A DNA stretch of 64,000 bases from Hemiscyllium ocellatum. Taxonomy: Eukaryota. The notes beneath the pieces were generated by a model. The model searched no databases, had not been told where the DNA came from, and saw only the letters and a program-made list of their open reading frames with translations. The DNA is taken from NCBI RefSeq assembly GCF_020745735.1, contig NC_083420.1, forward strand, positions 24,118,001 to 24,182,000, written 5' to 3'. Numbering within the stretch: position 1 is the stretch's first letter; each line of letters opens with the position of its first letter. The translations under genes were made by a program, and so were the position numbers. Of this stretch, positions 1-12,025 are shown piece after piece.

Positions 1-1210
1 TTGTCCAAAACTCCACCAATACCATCAAGGCAGAGAATCAACCCTGCTTCAGTGCAGATTTCAGGAGCCAGAAACATCCTGTCCCTAACTGCCCTTGAGT
101 AGGTGTTGGTGAGCTGCCATCTTGAACCACTGCAGTCCATGCACTGAGGGAGGGAATTCTAGGATTTAGACCCAGCAACAGCAAAGGACCGGCAATATGT
201 TTCCAAGTCAGGATGGTGAGTAGCTTGGAGGGGATCTTGCAGGTAGGGGGTGCCCTTGTCCTTCTAACTAGAAGTGGTTGTGGGTTTTGGAAAGTGCTGT
301 CTAAGGGTTTTTGGTGGATTTCTGCAATGTATCTTGGAGATAGTACACACTTCAGCTACTGAGCGTCGGTAGTGGAGGGGATGGATTTGGTGCCAATCAA
401 ATGGGCTGTCTTGTCCTGGATGGTGTCAAACTTCTAGAATGTTGTTGGAGCTGCACTCTTCCAGGTAAGTGGGGAGTATTCCATCATATTCTTGTGCCCT
501 GTAGATGATGGACAGGTTTTGGGGAGTCAGGAGGTGAGTTCCGGCAGTATTCCTAGCCTCTGACTGCTGTTATAGTCAGTCATGCCACACAAGAGTCAGG
601 CAATGACCATGAGAGCTACAAGAGCAGGTCAGAGGTTGAGAGTTCTATGGAAAGTAACTCACCTGCCGTTTCTACAATACCTGCCAATCATCTGCAATGT
701 ACAAGTAAGAAGTGTGATGGAATACTCTCCATTGCTTGGACAGGAGCAGCTTCAACAACACTCAAGAAGCTCATCATCATCTGAGTCAAAGCAGTCCACA
801 TGATTGGCATTCCATACACTACTCATCTCCTCTACCATTAATACACAGTGGCAGCAACAAGTACTATATACAAGATGCATTGTAGCTCCCTCAACAACAC
901 CTTTGAAACCTGTGATCTCTGCTATCTAGAAGGACAGTGGCAGCTGATTTATGGAAACACCCCTAACCTGAGGTTCTCCTCCAAGCCACAAACCATCCCA
1001 ACTTAAACATGTTGCCATTCTTTTCGTGTCACTGTGTCAAAACATGTTGGAACTCCCTCTCTGACAGCACAGTTAACGTGCCTACATTAGAACTGCAGCG
1101 GTTCAAGAAGTGGTGCAACACCATCTTCTCAAGAGTGCTTAGAAATTGGCAATGAATGCTGGCATAGCCAGTGGCACCCGCATCCTGAGAAAGAGCAAAA
1201 GAAATGAATA
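1..1210. mobile_element. Decayed non-LTR retrotransposon fragments (CR1/L2 group), in opposite orientations (~75-580 minus, ~580-1210 plus, including the 3' end)
   Basis: Decayed RT C-terminal peptide (PHKSQAMT; ..QVRSVMEYSPL..). The same sequence recurs at 9995-11320. The two halves are partly reverse complements of each other. Confidence 0.7.
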
Positions 1211-1689
1211 AGCACTGCCCCCAAATATTGAAAAGTGCTTTCAAACCAATCATGCATGTTTCTGAAGTGCACTAACTGTTAGAGTATATAAAATATTGAG
1301 TCCAACAGCTGTCTAGGTGGGATTGGTGTTTGTTTTGTGCTCATTACTACACCAGGCATTACAAATGATCATAGATCAATTAAAATCTAGCAGTTAAGAA
1401 TAGTCAACAAGTCAAAAACGAAGGCTGCTGGAAGGAATACATTAGAAGAAACTAGAATGAAGACTGAAGTGAATTGTATAACACTGAAACAAGTGCAGGC
1501 AGACATGTTTGGCTATTTATGAACAACTGTTTTCAGACTACGTCAGGTGAAATTCTGAAATTAAAAGAACAATTGAGAAATTCTGAAGTAATTTAGTGTT
1601 AACAAGAAAACTCAAGATTGTAACAAAGAAAAAACACGTAAGATGTTACACCACAGAAACCTGGATAAGCAATAAAACTATAAAAGAAA

Positions 1690-1990
1690 ATAGAGACATT
1701 CGATGAGGAAATTGAATGTACTTTAGCCAAAGTTATGTATGACACAAAAATAGGTGGGAAGGTGAGGATGATACAAAATGTCTGCAGAGGGATATAGACA
1801 GGTTGAGTGAGGAAGCAAAAACTTGGCAGACAAAATATAATGTGAGGCTGAGCATTTCAACTGGAAGTATAGAGGAGCTAAATATTATTTAAATGGAGAA
1901 AGGCTGTAGAAAGTTATAGCCCAGAGGGATACAGGAATCCTCATGCATAAATCACAAAAAGTGTACAAGTAGTGTACAGTTCAACATGTC
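1690..1990 (+). mobile_element. Old CR1 LINE RT fragment
   Basis: Degenerate (F)ADD-TKIGG and LQRDIDRL region, similar to other CR1 copies in the window. Confidence 0.55.
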
Positions 1991-2039
1991 AATCTCTGCA
2001 CATGGAACATTACAGCAGCTGCCATGAAGCTTAGGGGGA

Positions 2040-2450
2040 ATGTTGTCTGACATCTGTATGAAGCAGAAGATACTTGTCACTAATTACACCAAGCCTGAAT
2101 GGTGTCCAGGTGTTAATGCATGTTGGCATGCAGCATTTCAGCATCTGAGAAATCACAAATGACGCTGAATATTGCAGAACAATCAGCAACCTTTCCAACT
2201 TCTTATGATGGAGTGAAAGTCATCAGTGAAGCAGCTGAAGATGGTCCAGCTTAGGACATTATGCCATGGAGCTCCTGCAGTGATGTCCTGGAACTGAGAT
2301 AAATAGCATCCAACAATCACAACCATCATCCTTTGTGTTAGAAAGGAGTGAAACCAATTCTCTATGTCTTCGGTGTTTCGGACTCCTTTGTGCCACATTT
2401 GGTCAAGTGCAGCCTTGACGTCAAAGGCAGTCACCATCACCTCACCGAAA
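2040..2450 (-). mobile_element. Non-LTR retrotransposon RT fragment (CR1/L2 group)
   Basis: ORF 2183-2440 carries decayed RT motifs: AFDVKAALDQMWH, and GAPWHNVLSWTIFSCFTDD, which resembles [13 protein letters not shown]. Confidence 0.7.
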
Positions 2451-3014
2451 TGGGTTATTAACTATTGTATATTGATTCTGTTATGGTTCTCTCAGGTTTG
2501 GATGCATTCTATTTCTTCTGGTTATGATTATGACTTTTGGTTACAAAAACAAAAATTGCTGGCGAAACTCAACTGGTCTGACAGCATCTGTGAGGATTAA
2601 ACAGTTTTGAATCAGGTGACGCTTCATCTGTACTGAGGCAACTGAAGTCTCACCAGCAATTTCTGTTTTTGTTTTGATCGTCAGCATCTGCAGTTCTTTG
2701 TTTTATTGTGACCTGTTCCCCTATCTGAACCACATCAGAAAGGCTGAACACTTCGGTAGGTTGACACAGTTTGTATCTTATCTTCCGTCCTTCTACTTGC
2801 TCCTCGTTTGGTTTGACTCTATTTTGACTTCCTTTCAGTTATGACAATTTTGATCTGGTTTCTCATTACCTCTGATTTGGAGCACAGCCAAAGAGGGAGC
2901 ATGTTTAGGACAAAAAAAAATTATGGGGTGTTGCCAAATGAACTTCATGACTTTCCTCATGTTTCTGAATGAATTGCAACCTCGCAGCTCCAGTGGGAGG
3001 CCCCAAGAGACACT

Positions 3015-3450
3015 TAGAGTCATAGAGTCATAGAGATGTACAGCATGGAGAAAGACCCTTCAGTCCAACCTGTCCATGCCGACCAGATATTCCAACCCAA
3101 TCTAGTTCCACCTGCCAGCACCAGGCCCATATCCATCCAAATCCTTCCTATTCATATACCCATCTAAATGCCTTTTAAATGTTGCAATTGTATTAGCCTC
3201 TACCACTTCCTCTGGCAGCTCATTCCACATACGTACCACCCTCTGCATGAAAAGGTTGCCCGTTAAGTCTCTTTTATATCTTTTCCCTCTCACCCTAAAT
3301 GTATGCCCTCTAGTTCTGGACTCCCCGACCCCAGGGAAAAGACTTTGTCTATTTATCCTATCCATGCCCCTCATAATTTTGTAAACCGCTATAAGATCAC
3401 CCCTCAGCCTTCAACACTTCAGGGAAAACTGCCCCAGTCTGTTCAGCCTC
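3015..3450 (-). mobile_element. CR1 LINE 3' end
   Basis: ORF 3102-3374 has SRTRGH..RV...WNELPEEVVEA..FKRHLD; CR1 tail with AGAGTCAT repeats. Confidence 0.9.
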
Positions 3451-3609
3451 ATTTCTTCAGCTCACAATCTCAGAACTGAGTACTTGGTTGTCAGGGATCT
3501 GCTGGAGATTTAATGGACAATCAATGCACAGGATCATTAGATGACTGTCCCTCTGAAACTCCCTAGCAGAGGCAAAACCTGTTGCAACTTTTTTTAAATT
3601 ATTGTTTAC

Positions 3610-4780
3610 TCTCCGTGATCTATATGGACTTCAGTAAAGCATTCAACAAGGTTCCTAATGACAGACTGGTTAGCAAGGTTAGATCACATGGAATACAGGG
3701 AGAACTAGCCATTTGGATACAGAACTGGCTCAAAGGTAGAAGACAGAGGGTGGTGGTGGAGGGTTGCTTTTCACACTGGAAGCCTGTGACCAGTGGAGTG
3801 CCACAAGGATCGGTGCTGGTTCCTCTGCTTTTCATCATTTATATAAATGATTTGGATGTGAACATAGGTGTTATAGTTAATAAGTTTGCAGATGACATCA
3901 AAATTGGAGGTGTGATGGACAGCGAAGAAGGCTACCTCAGAGTATAATGGGATCTTGAGCCGAGGGGTGGCAGATGGAATTTAATTTAGATAAATGTGAG
4001 GTGCTGCATCTTGGAAAGGCAAATCAGGGCAGGACTTATATACTTAATGGGAAGGTCCTGGGAAGTATTTCAGAACAAAGAGACCTTGGAGTGCAGGTTC
4101 ATAGTTCCTTAAAAGTGGAGTTGCAGGGAGATAGACTAGTGACAAAGGAATTTGGAATACTTTCCTTTATTGGTCAGTGCATTGAGTACAAGAGTTGGGA
4201 GGTCATGTTGCAGCTGTACAGGATATTGGTTTGGCCACTTTTGGAATACTGCATACAATTCTGGTCTCCCTGCGAGAGGAAGGATGTTGTGAAACTTGAA
4301 AAGATTCAGAAAAGATTTACAAGGAAGTTGCCAGGGTTGGAGGATTTGAGCTACAGGGAGTGGCTGAATAGACTGGGTCTGTTTTCCCTGGAGTGTTGAA
4401 GGCTGAGGGGTGACCTTACAGAGGTTTATAAAATCATGAGGGCATATATAGGGTAAATAGACAGGATCTTTTCCCTCAGGTGGGGGAGTCCAGAACGAGA
4501 GGGCATAGGTTTAGGGAGAAGGGGAAAGATTTAAAAGGGACTTTAGGGATAACGTTTTCATGCAGTGAGTGGTGCATATATGGAATGAGCAGCCAGAAGA
4601 AATGGTGGGGGCTGGTCCAATTACAACATTTAAAAGGCATATGGGTGGGTATATGAATAGGAAGGATTCAGAGGGATATGGGCCAAGTGCTGGCAAATGG
4701 GACTAGATTAATTTAGAATATCTGGTCAGTATGGACCAAGGGTCTGTTTCTGTGCTGTACATCTCGATCACTCTATGACT
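3610..4780 (+). mobile_element. 5'-truncated CR1 LINE (RT plus 3' end)
   Basis: [32 protein letters not shown] and [10 protein letters not shown] motifs, interrupted by stops and frameshifts; ends in a CTCTATGACT tail. Confidence 0.92.
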
Positions 4781-5310
4781 TTTGGGCTGTGGGCATCACG
4801 GGCAAGGCTAACAATAATTTCCTGTCACTGATAGCCCTGAGGAAGTGGTCTTTCCGCCATCTTTCTGAACGACAGCAGTTTGCCGAAGCCACTTCCGGAT
4901 ACAATACCAGTCAGCCAAATGGTGGGCCGGAGTCAGTCATGAAGATTCCACTTGAAAAGTGGCTTTGGCATCTTTTACATTGACCTGAGAAGGCAGGCAG
5001 GACCTCAGTTTAACATTCTCATCCAAAAGACAACAATTCAATTTCCTCAGTAGACTGTGAGTCTTGGTTATGTACTCAATTCGTGCAGTGGGACTTGAAC
5101 TTACATCTTTCTGACTCAGTGATAACAGTGCTACTAATTAAATTACCTTAAATGAACTACCACATTTATGATTTTCATCCTTTGAACCGCAGAACACCCA
5201 GATAGAGAAGGCTGCACTGAGTAAGTGGTATTTAATACAAGTACTTATTAATGGAGAACAAACTTGTTCAATTGATAGCAAACAGCTCTATATGTTTTTA
5301 ATAGTGATAC

Positions 5311-6436
5311 TTACAATACAGTATCCACTAGGTTGTTTGGTGTTTCCAAAACTAACTTTCTTCTTTCTACGGCAGAAATAATCTTTTTCCGTGGTCCGAG
5401 TGGCAGATTGATACTTTTCAGATCTCCGTCAGTGCACAGCATGAGGGAGTCCAGGTCAATCTGCTCTCTTGTCAGGAAAGGAATGAACTCCGTCAAATTC
5501 TGAGATGCCAGGAAGGTTTCAAGTGGTGTCGTCTCAGGCTCATCATCATCCAGACCGATATCATCTTCATCCCAGAGCAAATCATCTTCCTCTTCTTTAC
5601 TGAATGTTTCGAGATCTGGAAACACTTCCTTGGGCTTCAACACCTCACTACGCAATTTGGAACCAATGTCTTCCACCTCATTACTGCTGAACATTTCCTC
5701 TTCCACATTCAAACCCAGGACAAAATTCCTTCTGAACAGCATGTTTCCCAATCCAGGTCGATTAAAGAGAGACTCGTGACCGAAGTTGTTATCATAGTCA
5801 GAGGATTTCAACTCAGAAAAGGCTGCATTCTCTTCATCTTGTTCATTAAACACATCCAGTACATTGGCCCGATTCCCACTGTCTCGTTCTTGCCTTACAA
5901 AAATGACATCCTTTTCTAATCGCTGCTGAGTGAAGCTTTTGCTGTTATCCTTCTTCTTAAGTCTCTTCTGTAGAGATCCTTTGATAATGGAAGAAATGCT
6001 ACCTTTGTGTTGTGAGTCACTTACTTTAGAGAGGTCACTGACACTGGATATAGTTCCACTCTGTACTGAAGCAGCACCTTCGTTTTGGCTTTCCATCTCC
6101 CGGCTGTATTTCTTGTTCATCCGATTTTGGTGCTTTTTCTTGCGTCTTTCACACAGTTTGATTTGTTTCTCACTATCCTTTAATGCCTTTTCTTTTAACC
6201 TGGCAACCTGTTTCGGATTCATGACGGTTTGCTTGGTGGCGGCTGTGTCCAGGAAGCGGACACATTCCATTCGGTCCTTACTGGCAGCGGCATCCATGGC
6301 AGAATGGAAGTCATTGTCCAACGCCCAAATATTTGCACCAAAGTTAACCAAGAAGGTGACAATGTGAAGGTGGCCATTGGTTGAAGCATGGTGCAAGGGT
6401 GTATTGCCCCAGATGTCACATATATCGGGATCACCA
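5311..6436 (-). CDS. ANKS4B: ANKS4B coding exon 2
   Basis: Acceptor ttgtctttcag|T GGT GAT CCC; open to TAA at 5311; matches ORF 5311-6492 from [15 protein letters not shown] onward. Confidence 0.92.
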
Positions 6437-8326
6437 CTGAAAGACAAGCCACAAAGAATTGACTTAGTGCAGGATTTTACAATATGTAGCAAGTCTTTTG
6501 CTTCACACTCTCAAACTTTATCTTCCTATATATTTTTCCTAGCACTGGTGATCTGGGTGAATGACCTCCTGATCCTTAACCTAAGTGGCCATTCTTGATA
6601 CTTTACCTCAGTGAGTGAAGACATCATGGGAAAATCTGATCTAAACTATGATCTGAATGAGATGCTGAAGCCAACAGTAGCTTGGTGAAGACCAGCTCAC
6701 TCAATATATACTGGAAGCTTAGCCTAGGTACATGTCCAACAGAGCAGGGCAAGTAATACTTATGCTACCAGACACACTCAACACTTTTAACAGCAAGTGG
6801 AACAGACTGTATCCATCACTTCCAGCTTTTGGCACTCTGCTCTCTGAGTCAGAACATTGTGGGTTCCAAGTCCACTCCAAGAACCTAAGCATTTAATCCA
6901 AGTGGGCACTTCATTATAGTACTGAGAGAGGTCTGCACTGTCAGGAGGTGCCAGTCCTGTGGATAAAATATTAGATGTAGCCCCTTCTGTGTTCTTAAGT
7001 GGATAGAAGTGATCCCAATAAACTATTCAAAGGAGAGTAGGGGAGTTTTTCCTGAAATTCTGGCCAATATTTATTTCTTGATCAATAACTGAAACAGATT
7101 GTCTGCTCATCATTACATTGCTCTTTGTGGGAGTTTGCTGTGCATAAAATGGCAGCTGTGATACATACATCACAACAGTGATTGGCACTTCATAAAGTAC
7201 TCAGTTTATGAAGTACTTTGGGATGTATGAGGTTTTGGTTGACAACACTATAATACTGCAAATGTTTTTGTTTGCTTCCTCTCTCCCAATCATGTGTCTG
7301 GAGTGATTGGCACTTTGAACCCTTAGCAAAGTTTCAAAGTGATGAATAATAATCTGTACTTATCGTGACTTTGAGCAATGGTGCAGGTAGTCATGCCTGA
7401 ACCATAACTTTAAGATAATGGTTTGTGACATCACCTCAGGTTGATGGGAGGCATACCCCTGAAACGTTACAACATACTGTATTTCTGTGGATTCCCCTGC
7501 TGTTTAATTCTAAAGATCCTTATTTTTAGATAAATTTGGATTCATTCTGTACTGGGATCTTTTCCCCAAATGACAAATGGTTCAAGAAAAGTTTGTCAGT
7601 TGAGATCTTTAACAACCTGCAATGTTGTCTCAATGTCCGTAATTTCAATGCACTTTTAGAAAATAAGTTCTCAATTAAAGGAAACATTAGGGAGCAAATA
7701 CAAAAGACAAACGTTTCCAAATAATGACTAAACCGCTTCAAATAAACAATGAATGACTTACATTTATGTACAGCCTTTCACAAAGTCAAAACGTTCCGAG
7801 AACTTTTCAACTAAAGGACCTTTTGAAGTGCACTCACTGTTCCACTGTAGGAAATTTGATAGTCAGTTTGTGTTAAGCAAGACATAATGACTATAGTCTT
7901 TGTGATGTTTAAAGAAGGATGTTGGACAGAGCACCCGGGATAGCTCCACTGTCCATCAAACAGTGGGATCTTTTCCATCCTTCTGCCTGGGCCTTGGTTT
8001 AAGGACTCATCCTCAAAGTGCAGCACTCTCAAATCGGTTCAGCTTGGATGTTTTAAAGCAATTGTATTGTATCTTAATCTACAACCCTCTGACTCTGAAA
8101 CAGAGTGAATATTTTAAAAACCCACGAAGGGTCATATAAAAGAATCAGGTTGTGGCACTCACCCTCTGCTACAGATGAGCTGCAGGGCCTCCAGATGGCC
8201 GTGATATGCCGCCCAAAGTGTCGGGGTCATCCCATCCTCATCCGGATTGTTCAGATCCCTCTTTGTGGCCTCCTTTAAGGGACCTAGGTAGCCATCCCTG
8301 GCTGCCTTGTGGTACCTGTCAGTCAT
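5311..8326 (-). CDS. ANKS4B: Ankyrin repeat and SAM domain protein 4B (harmonin-interacting), whole gene model, 429 aa
   Basis: join(8163..8326, 5311..6436) = 1290 nt. Starts [29 protein letters not shown]. Contains ankyrin repeats, a central region, a SAM domain (LPLGPRKK) and a C-terminal PDZ-binding motif LVDTVL. The stop lies in exon 2, as in ANKS4B. The paralog USH1G is not fully excluded. Confidence 0.85.
6830..7270 (+). mobile_element. Deu-domain tRNA-derived SINE (SacSINE1-like)
   Basis: Decayed B box (GGGTTCCAAGTCC), Deu core GATCCCA..CTATT..GAG..GGGAGT..CTGGCCAATATTTAT, and tail ATTGCT.TTTGTGGGAG. Confidence 0.7.
7740..8105 (-). mobile_element. Deu-domain SINE, decayed
   Basis: Reverse-complement similarity to the copy at 6830-7270 (GTGGGATCTTTTCCATCC; CCTTGGTTTAA..CTCATCC). 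Confidence 0.5.
8163..8326 (-). CDS. ANKS4B: ANKS4B coding exon 1
   Basis: ACC ATG ACT GAC..; [55 protein letters not shown]; 164 nt; donor AGAGG|gtgagt. Confidence 0.93.
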
Positions 8327-9994
8327 GGTTCAAATCCTGACGCTGGCCTTCACACGCGCTGGTGGCAGCAGGATTGAAGCAGCCAGTGAGTGCGAATCCG
8401 GAGATGGAGAGGCACCGCCCAGGGTGGGACATGAGGGACAAGGTCCACGCTCGACAAACTTCAAATTTAAGGCAGGCCAGCTGGCGAGATTATCGGGTAT
8501 TATTTCCCCTGTCACTTCCTCCTGTTCCTTGAGCACATTTATTTAATTTAAATACTGCTAGGCATAAATTGCCCTGTGCAAAAGGGCATTTATTAGTCTC
8601 AACTGAAAAGCAAACGAATATCTGTGTTTGCATGTGTCAGTTGTCCCTTGGATTGTTTATCCGATAAATACTTCAATTGTTTTTTGAATTTTCAACATGC
8701 TATTTTGCATCGATTGTGTCTGTATTACTTACAACTAAATCCTCAGCAGTTTTTTTTTGCCATGTTAATTTGTACCTTTTTTGTTTAAAAATGTGGATCG
8801 ACCTTAAAAGAGTATTAACAGTATAACGCCAACCGACCTTTGAATTATAGGTTGATGTCAAGACTGTGGAAATTCTCTTCCCATTCGATGTCCTCGCGTT
8901 GCAATAAATTGTTACGGTTGAGAAGCAAAATGTAAATTAGTGATATTCATCTGGAAAGTAAGACGCTTTGGGAAGGAGCCGCTTGCAGCTAGAGATAGAT
9001 GGGCTGTTGGGGGAAGGGGATGCTCAGTGAACCATTGAAGACAGATTCAGTCATTTCGTCGGGAGATTCAGTTTATGCCAAACTAAACGAACGCACTCAG
9101 AGGTGGCACAATAAATTAGGAGTCCTTAATATGGCACAGAAAATGAATGTAGTTTATAATCGAAACATGAAGGAAGACATTTATTTATATGGCAACTTTC
9201 ACGTCCTTGGGACTCCCACAAATCCCCTTTTCTCTCCGACCAGCGAAATACTTTTTGAATTGCCTGCAGTAGTGAGGAAACAGTTTCCACGGATAGCAAC
9301 GTGATAAGGACCAGGTATGGTATTTCGGTGAATATTGTTGTGAGCACCAACATTGCAATAATGGCTACATTCAAAACGAATTGGCTACGATATAGTTTGG
9401 CCGGTCTAAAGTTGTGAGCGGTGTTACATAAATGCAAGTTGTCGACGCACCTAATCTTATCAGTTGGTGTGAGGATGAGAGTGATTCACCTCCCAGCGCT
9501 GGCTGTTGTTGGGATTATTAAAAATATCCCTGTCACAAAATTTACAACAACCTGGCCCTTGTGTGAGACGGTTGTTATCTCCTGCAAGATAACAAAATAG
9601 ATGAATAATCCGTTAACTCTTTGATCGAACATTACCTTGTATTTTTTTGTTCCAGATGCTCATTGATCTGATATATACTTAGAACATTTTCTGTTTGTAT
9701 TGAATGACGGAATATGTTAAGGGGCCGAATGATCTGCCCTTACTCCTAACTTTTTTTAAATTCTTGATTTTATTCTTGTTTCAGAGCTCCAACGTTGGCG
9801 TCTTTTAAAAAGAAATAAAGGTGAGGCTGCAAACTTTTAAAAGTGTCCAAAGTGCAACCTTTTAAACACACAAAAAACTGACGTTTCCCACTGCCCAATT
9901 CATCAGTCACGTGAAAAGAGTGATAAATCATTCTTGTGGCATATTCCATTTCGGATTAGTAAGCGAAAATGTAACAGTGGACATCAATGTTTTC

Positions 9995-11320
9995 TTTTTT
10001 AAAAAATCCACTCATGGGATGTGGTTGTCACTGGCTGGGCATTTATTGCCCATCGCTAATTGGGAAGATGCTGACAAGGTCATAGTGAGTTACCTTCCTG
10101 AATCATGTAGTGCACGTGCTGTAAATAGACCCACAATTCTGTTAGGGAGGGAGAGCTAGGATTTGGACTGGGGAAGGGATGGTAACATATTTTCAAGATG
10201 GTGACTGGCTTGGAGGAGAACTTCCAGATTTTTTACATGTATTTCCTGCCCTTGTATTGCTAGATGATATTGATCTTGGGTTGGAAGGTACAGTCTAAAG
10301 AGCCTTCTTGAATTTCTGCAGTGCATCTTAGAGATGGTACACAATGCAGCTACTGAGTGTTGGGGGTGGAGTAACTGAAAGTTTGTGGGTGTGGTGCCAA
10401 TCAAATGGGCTGCTTTGCCCTGGATGGTTTTGAGTTTCTTGAATATTGTTGACATTCACCCATCCAGTCAAGTCATACTCCTGACTAATGTCTTGGTGAT
10501 GATGGAGAGACATTGAGGAATCAGGAGGGGAGTTAATTGCTGCAGTATTCCTAGCCTCTGACCTGCTTTTGTAGCCCTTGTATTTATATGGATTGTCCAG
10601 TTCAGTTTCTGATTAGTAGTAATCCCAGGGTATTAACAGTGAACAATTCAATAGGATTTATGCCAGTGAATGTCAAAGGGTAATGATTAGATTCTATCTT
10701 GTTAGAGATGATCATTTGCTGGCATTTATGTGGCACAAATATTTGCCACTTGTCAGCCCAAACCTGTATATTGTCCACCTCTTGTTGCATTTGAATATGG
10801 ACTGTTCCAGTATTTAAGGAGTCATGAATGGTGTTGAACGTTGTGCAATCATCAACAACATTCCCACTTCTGACCTAATGACTGAGAGAAAGCCATTGAT
10901 GAAACAGCTGAAGATGGTGGGCTTAGGACACTGCCCAGAGGAACTGCAGAGATGTACTGTAGCTCAGATGACTGATCTCCAACAACCGCAACCATTATCC
11001 CTTATGCCAGAGATGACTCCAACCAGTGGCGTGCTCTCTCCCTGATTTCCATTTGATCAAATGTTGCATTAATGTCAAGGTCAGTCACTCTCACCTCACC
11101 TCTGGAATTCAGCTCTTTTTATCCATATTTGAACTAAGGCTGTAATGAAGTTAGGAGCTGAGTGGCAGAACACAAACGGAGCATCTTGATAGCAGTGTTG
11201 ATGACACTCCTATCACTGTACTGATGATCCAGGGTAATAATTGGGCGTGTTGGGGATTTATCCTGATTTTGGTAACAGGAGATCTGTGGACATTTTGCCA
11301 CATTGTTGGAAGATGCCAAA
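9995..11320 (-). mobile_element. Decayed non-LTR retrotransposon (same family as 1-1210)
   Basis: ORFs 10602-10790 (NIQVWADKWQ..PHKCQ) and 10156-10455 (IQGKAAHLIG); 3' end near 9995. Confidence 0.75.
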
Positions 11321-11956
11321 GGATCTTCATGTTCGTTTTTTGATTGCTTTGGCTATTATATTTACTTGGTTGGTCACTAGCTTTTTTTTAAATACACGAT
11401 TCCTACATTATCTATAAATATATTACAAAATAAATTCGAGTCGGACAATACACTAACTAGAATAAAAATTGTATTTCTTAGTTGATCACTTTTCAGTCCT
11501 AGTTGCCTCATCCAACCGCAAAATTGGAACATTTACTCAATTTGACCAAAAACTATATACAAAGGGGGTTTTCTTAAGTTAACAGCCTCTCGATAGATGA
11601 TGATCGGAAGACCTTCGTTTTGGATGCGTGAAGAACATGCATATGTTCTTTTACTGTTACTGTCTATGACTAAATCATGTGTCTACAGCCACACTTCGGG
11701 TATTCAACGTTTGTTATTACACCGGAATATACTGGGTTCAATTTTACCCCTCAAATGGTTGGATTTTAAATGAGTTTGCATATCGCCCAATTCTGTCTCA
11801 ACTGGGATGATCTGAGCATTTTCTCCAACAGAGGGCGCGGGCCTGCAGAGAGTATTTCCTAAAGCTGGTGGTAGTGGGTGGAGCCGGTGTTGGAGGAAGT
11901 CTCTCTCTTTCCTCATAGATTGGTGAACAATCTTGCCTTCATTTCCCAGACAAACA

Positions 11957-12025
11957 ATGAAGGGCTCTTCCAGCTCTCCTCTTGTTTCCTACGAGACACT
12001 CGTGCATGCCGTGGCTGGGGTGGTG
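11957..12025 (+). CDS. SLC25A17: SLC25A17 exon 1
   Basis: [23 protein letters not shown]; donor GTG|gtaagt. Confidence 0.88.

Noticed and set aside
3015-4780. Inverted CR1 pair as a dsRNA element in the ANKS4B 3'UTR
   Set aside because: Minus-strand ATTAAA signals at ~5231 and ~5297 suggest the transcript can end before reaching it; there is no evidence it is transcribed.
5930-6367. 145-aa plus-strand ORF with a signal-peptide-like start
   Set aside because: Antisense shadow of ANKS4B exon 2.
6437-6492. N-terminal '[18 protein letters not shown]' of the 393-aa ORF
   Set aside because: Intronic read-through upstream of the true acceptor; the real N-terminus is in exon 1 (8163-8326).
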